Below, piece after piece: positions 28,725-42,375 of a stretch of DNA of 64,000 nt. The DNA lies in assembly GCF_009914755.1 (NCBI RefSeq), contig NC_060926.1; one strand, 5' to 3'. How positions within the stretch are numbered: position 1 is the stretch's first letter; each line of letters opens with the position of its first letter. Source of the DNA: the human T2T-CHM13v2.0 reference genome, Homo sapiens. The notes under the pieces are model-generated. The model was not told where the DNA came from. It worked only from the letters and a program-made list of their open reading frames with translations, and did not search any database. The translations under genes were made by a program, and so were the position numbers.

Positions 28725-29059
28725 ACTTCTAAAAGGGGAGAAAAGACAGAGGGGAATTTTTTAAAAGATTTATTCTGTTCTCCCTCCATCCCACCTTACC
28801 CAAGAAGAATGACTACTCACTAACTGGCAAAACTGTGGGGTTTTTTGTGATTTCCTTTTCCCACAGAGATGAGAAAGCACTTTTTCATTTAGAGTCTCTA
28901 ACTTAGCAGGAGAGGGGCGAAAAGAGGTACATCCATATTTTAATGAAGATAATGAATATAGTTTTTTGAGTTTGTTTTTGGAGAGGGAGAGAAAACCCTG
29001 TTCCTTATTTTGCCTTTTTAAAAAAGTTATGCTTAGTATAAAATAAAAATAATTTTATT

Positions 29060-32000
29060 TAAAAAAATCTTTTAACTTATATTTTAGGTTTGGGGCTACA
29101 TGTGAAGGTTTGTTACAGAGGTAAACTCATTATCACAGGGGTTTGTTGTATAGATTATTTCATCACCCAGGTATTAAGCCCAGTACCCAATAGTTATCTT
29201 TTCTGCTCCTCTCCTTCCTCCCACCCACCACCGTCAGGGAGGCCCCACTGTCTGTTGTTTCCTTCCTTGTGTTCATAAGTTGTCATCACTTAGCTTCCAC
29301 CTATAAGTGAGAAGATGTGGTATTTGGTTTTCTGTTTCTGTGTTAGTTTGCTAAAGATAATGATCTCCAGGTCCATCCATATTCCCACAAAAGACATGCT
29401 CTTGTTCTTTTTTCTGGCTGCATTGTATTCCTTGGTGTATACAAACCACATTTTCTTTATCCAGTCTGTCATTGATGGCTATTTTGGTTGATTCCATGTC
29501 TTTGCTATTGCAAATAGGGCTGCAATGAACGTTCACATGCATGTGTTTTTATGGTGGAATGATTCATATTCCTCTGGGTATATACCCAGTAATGGGATTG
29601 CTGGGTTAAATGGTAGTTCTGCTTTTAGCTGTTTGAGGAATTGCCATACTGCTTTCCACAATGGTTTAACTAATTTGCACTCCCATCAACAGTGTGTAAG
29701 TGTTCCCCTTTCTCTGAAACTTTGCCAGCATCTGTTACTTGTTGACTTTTCAAAAACAGCTATTCTGACTGGTGTGAGATGGTATCTCATCATGGTTTTT
29801 ATTTGCATTTCTCTAACCATCAGCAATATTGAGCTTTTTTTTTCATATGCTTGTTGGCCACATGTGTGTCTTCTTTTGAAAAGTGCCTGTTGATTTTCTT
29901 TGCCCACTTTTTAATGGGGTTGCTTTTCTCTTGTAAATTTGTTTAATTCCTTATAGATCCTGCATATTAGACCTCTGTCAGATGCATAGTTTGCAAATAT
30001 TTTCTCCCATTCTATAGGTTGTTTGTTTACTCTGCTGATATTTTCTTTTGCTGTGCAGAAGCTCTTAAGTTAATTAGATCCCACTTGTCAAGTTTTGCTT
30101 TTGTTGCGATTGCTTTTGGTATCTTCGTCATGAAATCTTTGTGTGTTCCTGTGTCCAGGATGGTATCACCTACGTTGTTTTCCAGGGTTTTTATAGTTTT
30201 GTGTTTTGCATTTAAGTCTTTAATCTATCTTGAGTTGATTTTTGTATATGGTGTAAGGAAGGGGTCCAGCTTCAGTCTTCTCTGCATATGGCTAGCCAGT
30301 TATCTCAGCACCATTTATTGAATAGGGAGTCTTTTCCCCATTGCTTGTTTTTGTCAAAGATCAGATGGTCGTAGGTGTGTGGCCTTATTTCTGGACTCTC
30401 TATTCTGTTCCATTGGTCTATGTGCCTGTTTTTGTACCAGTGCCAGGATATTTTGGTTACTGTAGCCTTGTAGTATAGTTTGAGATCAGGTTAACGTGAT
30501 ATCTCCAGCTTTGTTCTTTTTGCTTAGGACTGCCTTGGCTATTCAGGCTCTTTTTTGGTTTCATATGAATTTTAAAATAGCTTTTTCTAGTTCTGTGAAG
30601 AATGTCATTGATAGTTTGATAGGAATAATATTGAACCGGTAAATTGATTTGGGCAGTGCAGCCATTTTAATTATATTGATTCTTCCTATCCATGAACATA
30701 GGGTGTTTTGTTGTTTGTGTCTTCACTGATTTCTTTGAGCAATGTTTTCTAATTATGATTGTAGAGATCTTTTACCTTCCTGTATTCCTTGGTATTTTAT
30801 TCTTTTTATAGCAGTTGTGAATAGGATTGCTTTTTTGATTTGGCTCTTGGCTTGACTGTTGTTGGTGTATAGGAATGCTAGTGATTTTTGTCATTGATTT
30901 TGTATCCTGAAACTTTTCTGAAGTTATCAGCTGAAAGAGCTTTTGGGCCAAGCTTTTGGGTTTTCTAGATATCGAATCATGTTGTCTGCAAACAGAGATA
31001 CTTTGATGTCCTCTTTTCCTATTTGGATGCCTTTTATTTATTTCTTTTGTCTGATTGCTCTTGCGAGGACTTCTAATACTGTGTTGAATAGGAGTGGTGA
31101 GAGAGATCCTTGTCTTGTGCCAGTTTTCAAGGGGAATGCTTCCAGCTTTTGCCCATTCAGTATAATGTTGGCTGTGGGTTTGTCATAGATGGCTCTTATT
31201 ATTTTTAGGTATGTTCTTTCAATACCTAGTTTACTGAGAATTTTTAACATGAAGGGTGTTGAATATTATCAGAAGCCTTTTCTGCATCTGTTTACATAAT
31301 CATGTTGCTTTTGTCTTTAGTTCTGTTTATGTGATGGATCACATTTATTGATTTGCGTATGTTGAACCAACTTTGCATCCCGGGGATGAAGCCTACTTGA
31401 TCATGATGGATTAGCGTTTTGAGGTGCCACTGGATTTGATTTGCACGTATTTTGTTGAGGATTTTTGTGTTGATGTTTATCAAGAATATTGGCCTGAAGT
31501 TTTCTTTTGTTGTTGTGTCTCTGCCAGGTTTTGGTATCAGGATGATTGCTGGCCTCATAGATTGACATGGGGGAAGAGTTTCTCCTCCTCGATTTTTTGG
31601 TATAGTTTCTGTAGGAACGGTACCAACTCTTCTTTGTAATCTGGTAGAATTCGGCTGTGAATCCATCAGGTCCTGGGCTTTTTGTTGTTGTTGTTGGTAG
31701 GCTATTTATTACTGATTCCATTTCAGAGCTCGTTACTGGTCTGTTCAGGAAATGAGTTTCTTTCTAGTTCAGTCTTGGCGGGTATATGTGTCCAGAAGAG
31801 ATGTGTCCATCTCTTCTTGGTTTTCTAGTTTGTGTGCGCAAAGGTGTTCCTAGTAGTTTCTGATGGTTATTTTTATTTCTGTGGGGGTCAGTGGTAACAT
31901 CCCCTTTGTCATTTCTAATTGTGTTTATTTGGATCTTCTCTTTTGTTTTCTTTATGAATCTAGCTAGTGGCCTGTGTATCTTATGAATTTTTTCCAAAGA

Positions 32001-32574
32001 ACCAACTTCTGGATTTGTTGATCTTTTGAATCATTTTTCATGTCTTGATTTCCTTTAATTCAGCTCTGATTTTGGTTATTTCTTGTCTTCTGCTAGCTTT
32101 GGGGTTCATTTGTTCTTGTTCCTTTAATTCTTTCAGTTATGATGTTAGGTTGTTAATTTTAGATCTTTCCAACTTTTTGATGTGGGCATTTAGTGCTATG
32201 AGTTTCTCTCTTAACAGTGCCTTAGCAGTGTCTCAGAGATTCTGGTATGTTTTATCTTTGTTCTCATTCATTTCAAATAACTTCTTGATTTCTGCCTTAA
32301 TTTCTTTATTTCCATGTAATTGCATGATTTTGAGCACTTTTCTTAGTGTTGACTTCTGTTTTTATTGCACTGTGGTCCGAGCTTATGTTTGGTATGATTT
32401 TGGTTCTTTTGCATTTAGTGAGGATTGTTGTATGACCAATTATATGGCCAACTTTAGAGTATGTGCTATGTGATGATGAGGAGAATGTATATTCTGTTGT
32501 TTTGGGGTGGAGAGTTCTGTAGAACTCTATCAGATTCATTTGGTCCAATGTTGAGTTTAGGCGCTGAATATCCT
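29060..32574 (-). mobile_element. LINE-1, L1PA13-16-like, 5'-truncated, decayed ORF2
   Basis: Minus-strand ORF2 fragments ([37 protein letters not shown]). Candidate TSD AATA(A/C)AAATAATTTTA at 29042-29057 and 32575-32590. Confidence 0.93.
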
Positions 32575-34976
32575 AATACAAATAATTTTAAATATACTTT
32601 AGTTGTATGGTACTTAGGGGAGAGAAGGAAACTGATTTTAGAGAAGGATGGGTCGTTAGCTGCAGCAGCCTTGGGCTTCCTCAGCATACTGCCTCAAGCT
32701 GTACTGTGCTTATTTCTAAAGTGTGATGTTTCATTGATCCTCTCCCTGGCCCTCCGAGGTCTGTGTTATTACTCCACTTAAAACAGAAGGAAACAGTCTC
32801 AGAGAGGTTATGTAACCTTAAGTGACAGAGCTGGCATCAGCCCCAGGTCGTGGGCTTCCTTATCCACATTCATCACTGTCAAATGGCCTCTCCTGGTAAA
32901 AATACTCCATCTCAGCGTGAAGTCAACCCCTAAAAAACAAACCAATTCCATGATATTGTATTACGTCTTAATGTGGATTATTTATGGCAGGAGATGGGAA
33001 AGGAATGATTTTTAAAATATTTTTAGCCTTTAAAGTATTTAATTTCTACTAAAATTATGTAGTATGCAGTGTCCAGAAATTCTCCTTCTGTATTTTTTTA
33101 ACCAAGAAAAGCTTTGGCTGTACTAGAAAGAATAATATTTCACTTTGTTATGGGAAAGGTTTGCTTTATCCCCCCGTAGCAGCTCTGTTTTGCCACTGGT
33201 AGACCTAAGTGCTATCACCCCTTCCTACCTTGGCTTACCCCTCTGATTACACAAGTCTTTGTTCACATTCCATCCTCCTTTCTCTTCCCTCCCCTCCTCC
33301 CTCTGGGCTATCCCAAGTCCCTGCCCTCCCCTACCCCATCACACTCTTTCCCCCTCGTAGAGGACTCTGAAGAGTCTGTGACTGTACTTGTCACAGGGTT
33401 CCCTATTTGCTTCCCCAAACTTACTGTAAGCCCCTCAAGGATGGTTCCTGGATATCAATACTCTATAAATAGTTGAACTAGATCTGCTTTTTATCTAGGA
33501 GGTATATGATATTAAACTGATGGCATGTTAAGTAAGGTATATTGAGAATTGAGACAAATTTAACAAATAGGGGAAAAAAGAAATAGGTAAGTGAGACTTA
33601 AAAAAAACAAACACAAAAACAAAGGAGGAGCTGCTGTTCCACGTAGCAGTGCTTTACCTGTAGCTGCTCACTTGCTCCAGGTTTAATTCTGACATCAGGG
33701 GAATAGATAGCTGAAGCCAAAGAAACCTCTGTTTGGGTAGGGTCTGGTATATCCTGTTTTTTCTTTTTGCTTTCTTGCAGACACTGGAGTTGGTGTCTCA
33801 TGAGAGGAGGGGAAGGACAGGAATCACAAATGCCTGAGTGTCCAACAGTCCCAGGAGGGAGCTGGAGGGAAAGGTGGCTCCACTCTGTTACTGTCTGTCC
33901 ATTCACCAGCACATCATTGACAGAGCTTGGGAATTTATTACTACAACCTTCCCTCCTGCTCTGAACATTGAGAGTGGCTCATCAATTGTTAAATCCTTTA
34001 CATTTCTTTGGCCCTACCAACAAATACTGATTCCTTCTTTAAATGAAATAGCCCAACTCCTGAAGCCTCTAAATTACTACCAAATTAATTCATAGAGAGA
34101 TCTTCGTGCAACTTGAAGTACTCTCCCAGCCCCCTTTGTCTATTTATTACACTCCAAAGGCAGTATCTGATTGCTTTTATCTATCTTATCTGACTTCCGG
34201 TGAATTTTTTTTTTTTAAATGAAATTTGCCAGAAGTCCACTAGATCTGCGCTGGTGGCAGCTACATGGTGCATTCATATACCCCTTCAATTATTATTAAA
34301 ATCTTTCACAGTATTTCTGTGCAGTTTTGAATATGCATTTTGTTTTTCCTACTGTCATACAATATTGTCTTTATAAAAGCATCAACAATTATTTGTTTTC
34401 TTATATCCCATTTTTATCAGCATTACTCTTCTTGAACAATATAGAAGTAAAAAGTTTTCCTTCTGCTTTTAGGATTGTGGAAATTCTGTCAGTTGGAGAG
34501 TGGGCAGGAGTGTGAGGGGTAGCTTTGAGGAGATTGGGTGGTGAGAGAAAGGGAAGTCAGGAGAGAAAGTTTCTAGTTATAAATGAATGAAGAGGTTTTC
34601 TTGAGGCAAACAGTAAATCTGTGCTGAAATTTTTCTTAAATGGTGATAATTAGATTTTCTAACTTTTTATATACAGGAACACTTGAGATTACAAAGGGGT
34701 GTGCAGTGATGCATGCTACAGTGGGCAGTTTGGCATAGCAATCTTAGCTCCATTTTTACCTGGGTTTTCATGTCTTGTGAAGGTAGCAGTTCCTCCTCCT
34801 TTTCTTGTTTAGTCACTAAAGAAGGATGAACCATTAGAACCAAGCCACATGTTTATTTTCCAAAGTAGTCATTTATGTTCATGTTAACTGTATCCTCTGT
34901 AGCCTTTGGGACAATTATATTACACATTAATTCTGTGAATTAAAGCAAAGGGGAAATAGAAGATTGTTTAAGTAAC

Positions 34977-35337
34977 TGTATTAGTTCGTTTTCATACTTG
35001 CTGTAAAGAACTACCTGAGACTGGGTGATTTATAAAGAAAAGAGGTTTAATTGACTCACAGTTCCACATGGATGAGGAGGCCTCAGGAAACATACAATTA
35101 TAGTTGAAGGCAAAGGAGAAGTAAGGCACATTTTACATGGTGCAGGAGAGGTGTCAGGGGGAACCGCCAGACCCTTTTGAAGCATCAGATCTCATGAGAA
35201 TTCACTCAGTATCATGAGAGCAGCATGGGAGGAACCACCCCATGATCCAATCACTTCCCACCAGGTCCCTCCCTTGACATGTGGGGATTACAATTTGAGA
35301 TGAGATTTGGGTGGGGACACAGAGCCAAACCATATCA
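34977..35337 (-). mobile_element. THE1 (THE1D-like) solo LTR, ERVL-MaLR
   Basis: TG...CA ends, GAGATTTGGGTGGGGACACAGAGCCAAACCATATCA terminus, and a perfect 5-bp TSD GTAAC at 34972-34976 and 35338-35342. Confidence 0.93.
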
Positions 35338-37798
35338 GTAACTTTAATCTGAGCCAGGCCTAACATACGTAAGCCCTCATCACTTTTTCCAACTATGTAT
35401 CTTTTGAAAGTGTGGCTAGTATCTCAGTTACCAGGCAGTTCATAAGGCAAGGCCCTGCTACAATAGTGATTGATAATTTATTAGCTGGTAAAGCACATGT
35501 GTGCTGTGTGTTATTGTTTACAAATCTCTTTTTCATACATTATCTCTTTCTCTCACTGCCCCCACCCCCTTTTTTTTGGCAGCTTCACAACAACCATTAC
35601 ATAATTAGACCTTAAGACTTAAAAAAAAAAAAGCTTGTCAGTATTGTAAATTGCAGTCACATTTGCTGATGGGCTGTTACGACTCTAATCAAATAAGCAA
35701 ACTTAGTTCAACGAAATCAGTCATTAGGGTCACTAGTGGGTCTGTGGCCAGAAGCTTCACTAATTTCATAATTTTCCCTCCCTGCTGCCAGTTGACCTCC
35801 GGATTTTTGCCTCTGTTCAAGTTGGTACTCAAAATATTGCCTCTAAAAATGGAGTACCAGCTAATGATAGGAACAAGTTTATGAATAACTCTAAGTTTAA
35901 TTTCAAGAGCTAAATGTTAGTTCAGTTACTAATTTATTGCTTGATCTTAGGGATTAAGCCACGTAGCCAACACCTGAGCTGCGTTTCTTTGTTTTCAATC
36001 TGAAAACTCAAACATAAACCACATAATTCATTAATGGTTTCTAAGTCCTAAGCCCTTAGCTGCTAAATAAATAAGTAGTTTTTTTAAAGCCAAGGGAAAA
36101 AAGTGTTAAAAAAAAAAAAAAGGAAAAATTAATGAATTGTTGTTTTTTTTTTAACCTTTCCTTATATTACTTGTATTTAAAGCTTAATCGGATTTGATTA
36201 TTTGCAAGTAGGAAAAATAAGAGACAAGAATAAACCAATTTATTACTACATAGTAACAACAAAAACATCCTGGGAAATCTGGCCCTTTCCCCACTAAGGA
36301 GCTTTTTGCTTCTGTCTTAAAAAAAATCACGATCTTCCTCATGCACATCTGGAAGCCTCACCAATGCACAGACACGTGCTCTTTCACATTCATTCAGTTT
36401 CATTCCTTGTAAAAGTAAATGAAGAGTCATGTTGAAGAGATAACTAGGATACCCATTTTAATTCTGTGGCAAGTTGTTGACTGTATTCTTTTTCCATAGA
36501 CATATTTGTCCAACAATCAGCATTTATACGTGTTGTGTATTCAGGTACATGAAGTGAATAAAATGCACATGAAGTCTAGCTTCTCTAAAGGTAGCTGGGC
36601 AATAGTCTTATCAGGTCATTGGAAGTAGAGTAAATATGAAGCAAAGTTTCTGTTGTTGTTTTTAACAGTATTGTCATGAGTATTAAAATCACTTAAAGGT
36701 CTGCAGGTCCCTCCGAAGAAAAATAGAATATGCTGACTTTGTGTTTGTAAATGACTATTTTTCCAATTGAAACCCTGAAGGGAAGAGATTTAAACTCAGG
36801 CTGCACCCCAGTGGGCTCTCCACAGCTACCATTTCCAATGGCTGCTCCACTTTTCTTGATAGGAGTCATTTTTCAACTAGATGGCTCTGACACAGATAAT
36901 GGCCATCTTGATTGCATCAGGGAACTATTCATAAAACAAGGACATTCAGGCATACCTAGAATTCTTTTTTTCCTGTAACACAATGAAGGATTCTAGTTCT
37001 CCTTTCAAAGAGATTTAAGATTTAAATACCTTATGTTAAAATTACATGACCTGAGGACATTTTCTGGTGTGCTATGTTTGTTTAATTATCTTAGATATGT
37101 GTGAGTTATTGTTTTCAATTATCTCTTCCATCCTTAGGTTTATCAGCTCCACGTGACTGCCTTTAAATCTCCATTTCTATTATTTGGCTCCCTTCATTTT
37201 TATTGCTAATCTAGGACATCTCTTGTATGGACTGCTGCAGCAGAGAAATGGTATCTGCTGCCAGCAACACTAACAACTGTGACAGTAAAATTCTGCCAAA
37301 ACCAATAATGAATTGGAACTTACAAATCCCTGTCTTAGCAATATGCCCTGGGACATGGAAAATATTTCTCTTTAATAAATAGTTGGAAAATCATCTGCTT
37401 GAAAGTGCTAGTCAGATGGCCCTTTTTGGCATCATATTAATATTGGAAAGAAAGGACCTTGGGCTGAGATGATGCTGATTATCAGCCATTCTGTAATGTG
37501 TCTCCCTCAATATATAATCTTCCTAATGAATTTCAAAGTTGAAACTTTTGGTTTTAGATTACTAAGCACTTAAACTGATAAACTGAGATTCCTCATGCAT
37601 CTCAGGAATCAAAAGACATCAGCACCTAGGAAAAGAAATTATAAGTTGATATAGTAATATCCTATAGAATATTAGGTAAAATGATTTAGATTTTGTTTTT
37701 AGTTATTAAAATAGGTGTTGCTAAAGTCAAGGCTATAGGTAGTGTCTGTCATGAGGGCCTGTGAGCTGACTGTATATTTTTTTAAAATGTGTGTCGTA

Positions 37799-38106
<308 letters not shown>

Positions 38107-38553
38107 ATGTATACTGTAATTCACAAGGTAAGACCTACAGAAGCACATAGAATCTTGTTGGCCATGTTGAATCATGTTGGCCACACCAGTGCAAAACCTG
38201 CTCTAAATATTCTCTGGCCATCGGTTAATAGTAGAATTTTGTACAAAAGTAATATTTTATATCATGACTATTCGAGTCCTATTACTTGAAGATAAATGAT
38301 GATCCCAATGCTTATCTCATGGTTTTATAGAACACTTAACTTTTACAACAAGGCAATATAGTCTTATTGATAATCTCAAGAACACTGTAGTAGATGAAGT
38401 ACCTGAAGACCAGGAAGTTTGTTTTGACCAAGGTCTCTTCTTTATACATCTCATGTACAACCAGGACTTTAACCTAAGCCTTCTTATCCTAAGTTAGTTG
38501 CTAGGCCAGTAGAGTACAGTCATGCACAAAAGCCTTTATAAATAAGGACAGTA

Positions 38554-39538
38554 CTTACAACTCAACAGCAAGAAAACAAATAGCCTGATTTTTAAAAGTG
38601 GGCAAAGGACCTGAACAGACATTTATCCAAAGAAGACATAAAAATGGCCAACCGACATATGAGAAGGTGCTCAATATCACTAAGCAGGGAAATATAGATT
38701 AAAACCACCGTGAGATACCACCTCACACCTCTTACGATGGCTTTTATCAAAAAGAAAAGAGAGAAATGTTGGCAAGGGTATGGAGAAAGGGAATTCTAGT
38801 ACACTGGTTTGGGAATGTAGATTGGTACAGCCATTGTAGAAAACAGTGTGAAGTTTCCTAAAGAAAGTAAAAATTAAACTTCCCTATGACACAGCAATCC
38901 CTCTTCTAGGTATATATCCAAAGTAGATGAAATCACCACCTCATAAAGATACCTGCACTCCCATTCTCCTTGCAGTATTATTTACAATAGCCAAGATATG
39001 GAAACAACCTCAGTGTCTGTCAGTGGATAGATAAAGAAATGTGTATGTACACACAATGGAATATTATTCAGCCTTAAAAAGGTGATCCTGCAATTTGCCA
39101 CAGCGCCAGTGGACCTGGAGGGCATTATCCTAAATGAAATAAGCCAAACACAGAAAGAAAAATACTGCATGGTCTCACTTATGTGAAATTTTAAAATAGC
39201 TCAAATATACAAATACAGAGAATAAAACAGCAGCGGGTAGGTGGGTAGGAGGAGGAAAATAGGGAGAGGTAAGTCAAAGGATACAAAGTAGCAGATATGT
39301 AGAATGAACCAGTCTAGAGACCTAATGTATAGCATGAGGACTGTAGTTATTAATAGTATATTAGGGATTTTTGTTAAATAAGTAGATCTTAGCTGCTTTT
39401 ATCACATGCACAAAGAAGAAACTGTGTGAGATGATAAATATGTTAATCTGCTTCATTGTAGTAACCATTTTACTGTCTATATGTATCCCATAACATCATG
39501 TTGTAAACCTCAAATATTACATGATAAACTTACGAAAA
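38554..39538 (+). mobile_element. L1MA-type 3' fragment (ORF2 end plus 3' UTR)
   Basis: GGGCAAAGGACCTGAACAGACATTT..., L1MA-like UTR, and degenerate TSD ATAAATA(A/C)GGA(C/T)AGTA at 38538-38553 and 39539-39554. Confidence 0.85.
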
Positions 39539-39870
39539 ATAAATACGGATAGTATGCATTTTGACCTTCAAGAGGAAAGCCCACATCTTTCTTTGTGGGC
39601 TTGTTGCTCTTTAGTCTTCTCAAAGCTTTCCTCCTAAATAGGTCCTAGAGGGTTAGGAAGAGATTCTGCCTGGATGGTGGCAGCCACTTATTCCAAGGAA
39701 GTCATTGATCCAATAATGTGGAACAGGCATTCCTTTATAGGGGGTTAATGTGTTACTATCTAGAAGGGGCCTAAATTAAACCTTGTCAGAAAGCAAGGCT
39801 GTTCTGTAGTAAGCTTTATAAATTTTTTGGTGAAAGTTTTGTAGCTTTTAACTGATGTGGTATGTGATAT

Positions 39871-41535
39871 TGTGTCCGGAATTGGTGGGTTCTTGGTCTC
39901 ACTGACTTCAAGAATGAAGCCGTGGACCCTCGCGGTGAGTGTTACAGCTCTTAAGGTGGCGCGTCTGGAGTCTGTCCCTTCTGATGTTCAGATGTGTTCG
40001 GAGTTTCTTCCTTCTGGTGGGTTCGTGGTCTCGCTGGCTCAGGAGTGAAGCTGCAGACCTTCGCGGTGAGTGTTACAGCTCTTAAGGTAGCGCGTCTGGA
40101 GTTGTTCTTTCCTCCCGGTGGGCTCGTGGTCTTGCTGGGCTCAGGAGTGAAGCTGCAGATCTTCGCGGTGAGTGTCACAGCTCATAAAAGCAGCGTGGAC
40201 CCAAAGAGTGAGCAGTAGCAAGATTTATTGCAAAGAGCGAAAGAACAAAGCTTCCACAGTGTGGAAGGGGACCCGAGCGGGTTGCCACTGCTGGCTCGGG
40301 CAGCCTGCTTTTATTCTCTTATCTGGCCCCACCCACATCCTGCTGATTGGTAGAGCCTAGTGGCCTGTTTTGTCAGGGCGCTGATTGGTGCGTTTACAAT
40401 CCCTGAGCTAGATACAAAGGTTCTCCACCTCCCCATCAGATTAGTTAGATACAGAGTTTCCACACACAGGTTCTCCAAGGCCCCACCAGAGCAGCTAGAT
40501 ACAGAGTGTCGATTGGTGCAGTCACAAACCTTGAGCTAAACACAGGGTGCTGATTGGTGTGTTTACAAACCTTGAGCTAGCTACAGAGTGCCGATTGGTG
40601 TATTTACAATCCTTGAGCTAGACATAAAGGTTCTCCACGTCCTCACCAGAGCAGCTAGATACCTCACCGATTGGTGCAGTCACAAACCTTGAGCTAAACA
40701 CAGGGTGCTGATTGGTGTATTTATAATCCCTGAGCTAGATATAAAGACTCTCCATGTCCTCACCAGAGCAGCTAATACAGAGTGTTGATTGGTGCACTCA
40801 CAAACCTTGAGCTAAACACAGGGTGCTGATTGGTGTATTTACAGTCCCTGAGCTAGATATAAAGACTCTCCACGTCCCCACCAGACTCAGGAGCCCAGCT
40901 GGCTTCACCTAGTGGATCCCGCACCGGGGCTGCAGGTGGAGCTGCCTGCCAGTCCTGCGCCATGCGCTCGCATTCCTCAGCCCTTGGGTGGTCGATGGGA
41001 CTGGGCGCCGTGGAGCAGGGGGTGGAGCTCGTCGGGGAGGCTCGGGCCACACAGGAGCCCATGGAGTGGGTGGGAGGCTCAGGCATGGCAGACTGCAGGT
41101 CCCGAGCCCTGCCCCGTGGGAAGGCAGCCAAGGCCCGGCGAGAAATCAAGTGCAGCGCCTGTGGACCGGCACTGCTGGGGGACTCAGTACACCCTCCGCA
41201 GCCACTGGCCCGGGTGCTAAGTCCCCCATTGCCCGGGGCCAGCAGGGCAGGCTGGCTGCTCCGAGTGCGGGGCCCACCAAGCCCACGCCCACCCGGAACT
41301 CCAGCTGGCCCGCAAGCGCCGCACGCAGCCCCGGTTCCCGCTCGTGCCTCTCCCTCCACACCTCCCTGCAGGCTGAGGAAGTGGGCTCTGGCCTTGGCCA
41401 GCCCAGAAAGTGGCTCCCACAGTGCAGTGGGGGACTGAAGGGCTCCTCAAATGCCACCGAAGTGGGAGCCCAGGCAGGGGAGGTGCCGAGAGCAAGCGAG
41501 GGCTCTGAGGACTGCCAGCACACTGTCACCTCTCA
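39871..41535 (-). mobile_element. LTR12C (ERV9) solo LTR, full length, antisense to CERS6
   Basis: The minus strand begins TGAGAGGTGACAGTGTGCTGGCAGTCCTC and ends ACCAATTCCGGACACA. 4-bp TSD ATAT at 39867-39870 and 41536-41539. CpG-rich U3. Confidence 0.96.
40300..40870 (-). promoter_or_regulatory. LTR12C U3 enhancer/promoter: tandem CCAAT (NF-Y) and GATA-containing repeats with AATAAAA TATA-equivalent
   Basis: Nine GATTGGT motifs counted on + between ~40345 and ~40835, interleaved with AGATA. TTTTATT at ~40309-40315. Confidence 0.8.
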
Positions 41536-41549
41536 ATATAATACAATAT

Positions 41550-41770
41550 AGTAATTAAGATAGTGTGCCAAGCCAGTGGGCTGGACTTTTGAGTCTTGGT
41601 TCTGTTGTTTACTAGATGTGTGACGTGTTGCAAATTACCTAAACTTCTCTGTGCCTCAGTTTCCTTATCTGTAAAATTAGATAATAATTGGACCTACCTA
41701 AGAGCTTTATCGTTAAGGATTCAATGAGCAATGCCTAGTCCTAGTTTATACTCAATATAAATAATAATGT
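41550..41770 (+). mobile_element. MIR SINE
   Basis: TTCTCTGTGCCTCAGTTTCCTTATCTGTAAAAT core. Confidence 0.8.
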
Positions 41771-42149
41771 AAACATAGTATCAGTAACTATACAACAGGT
41801 TTTCTCTTTTAGGGTCCTTGACGAGATCCCAAGGAAGTAGATTTCGGCTCCCCCGCCTGGTCAAATTTTGAGGCCTCTGTTGCCTTTGCGTTGTTATGAT
41901 AGAACACATTCAGAGCACTTGTCTGAAATACCCTGGCTTTGTTGTGATTACTCCATTATTCTCTTTAGATTGTAGGTGATCCTCTCTAGTCTCTGCTCTG
42001 TGCCAGGCTCCTGACCCTCCACAGAAGAGGGAACTCTTTGCCAAGGCATGGGAGTCTGCACCTAGCCAGCAAAGACCATAGTCATCCCCAGCGTCAGGCG
42101 TGCTTGATGACCGAGTAAAGCCTCAGATGACAGAAAAGTCAAGCATAAT

Positions 42150-42375
42150 TGTGTAAATAGCTAACATGGATTGAGTGTTTGCCTCCTTTGACTGGCAATA
42201 TGCTAAAATTTGTATATGTATTATTCATTTATTTCTCACCAAACCCTAGGGGGCAGATAAGGAAACTGAGGCAGAAAAAAAGTCAAGTAATTCGCCTAAG
42301 TTCTTACAGCACATTATGTGATGGGGCCATCATTTGAACTCAGGCTGTCTGGTTCCAGAGCCATGCTATTAAACA
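42150..42375 (-). mobile_element. MIR SINE
   Basis: CAGATAAGGAAACTGAGGCAGA...TTTGAACTCAGGCTGTCTGGTTCCAGAGCC. Confidence 0.75.

Noticed and set aside
34237-34262. CTCF-like CCACTAGATCTGCGC
   Set aside because: It mismatches the core GG(C/G)GC positions and cannot be supported without ChIP data.
35820-35862. Small hairpin AGTTGGTACTC / GAGTACCAGCT
   Set aside because: An 11-bp stem with one mismatch is expected by chance in 64 kb.
40340-40870. Repeat-spacer-like pattern resembling a CRISPR array
   Set aside because: The units are the known LTR12 tandem enhancer repeats. The intervening sequence is itself repeated, the context is eukaryotic, and there are no cas genes.
40853-41551. Several overlapping 100-187-aa ORFs
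   Set aside because: They arise from the GC-rich, stop-poor LTR12C U3 on both strands and show no protein-like features.
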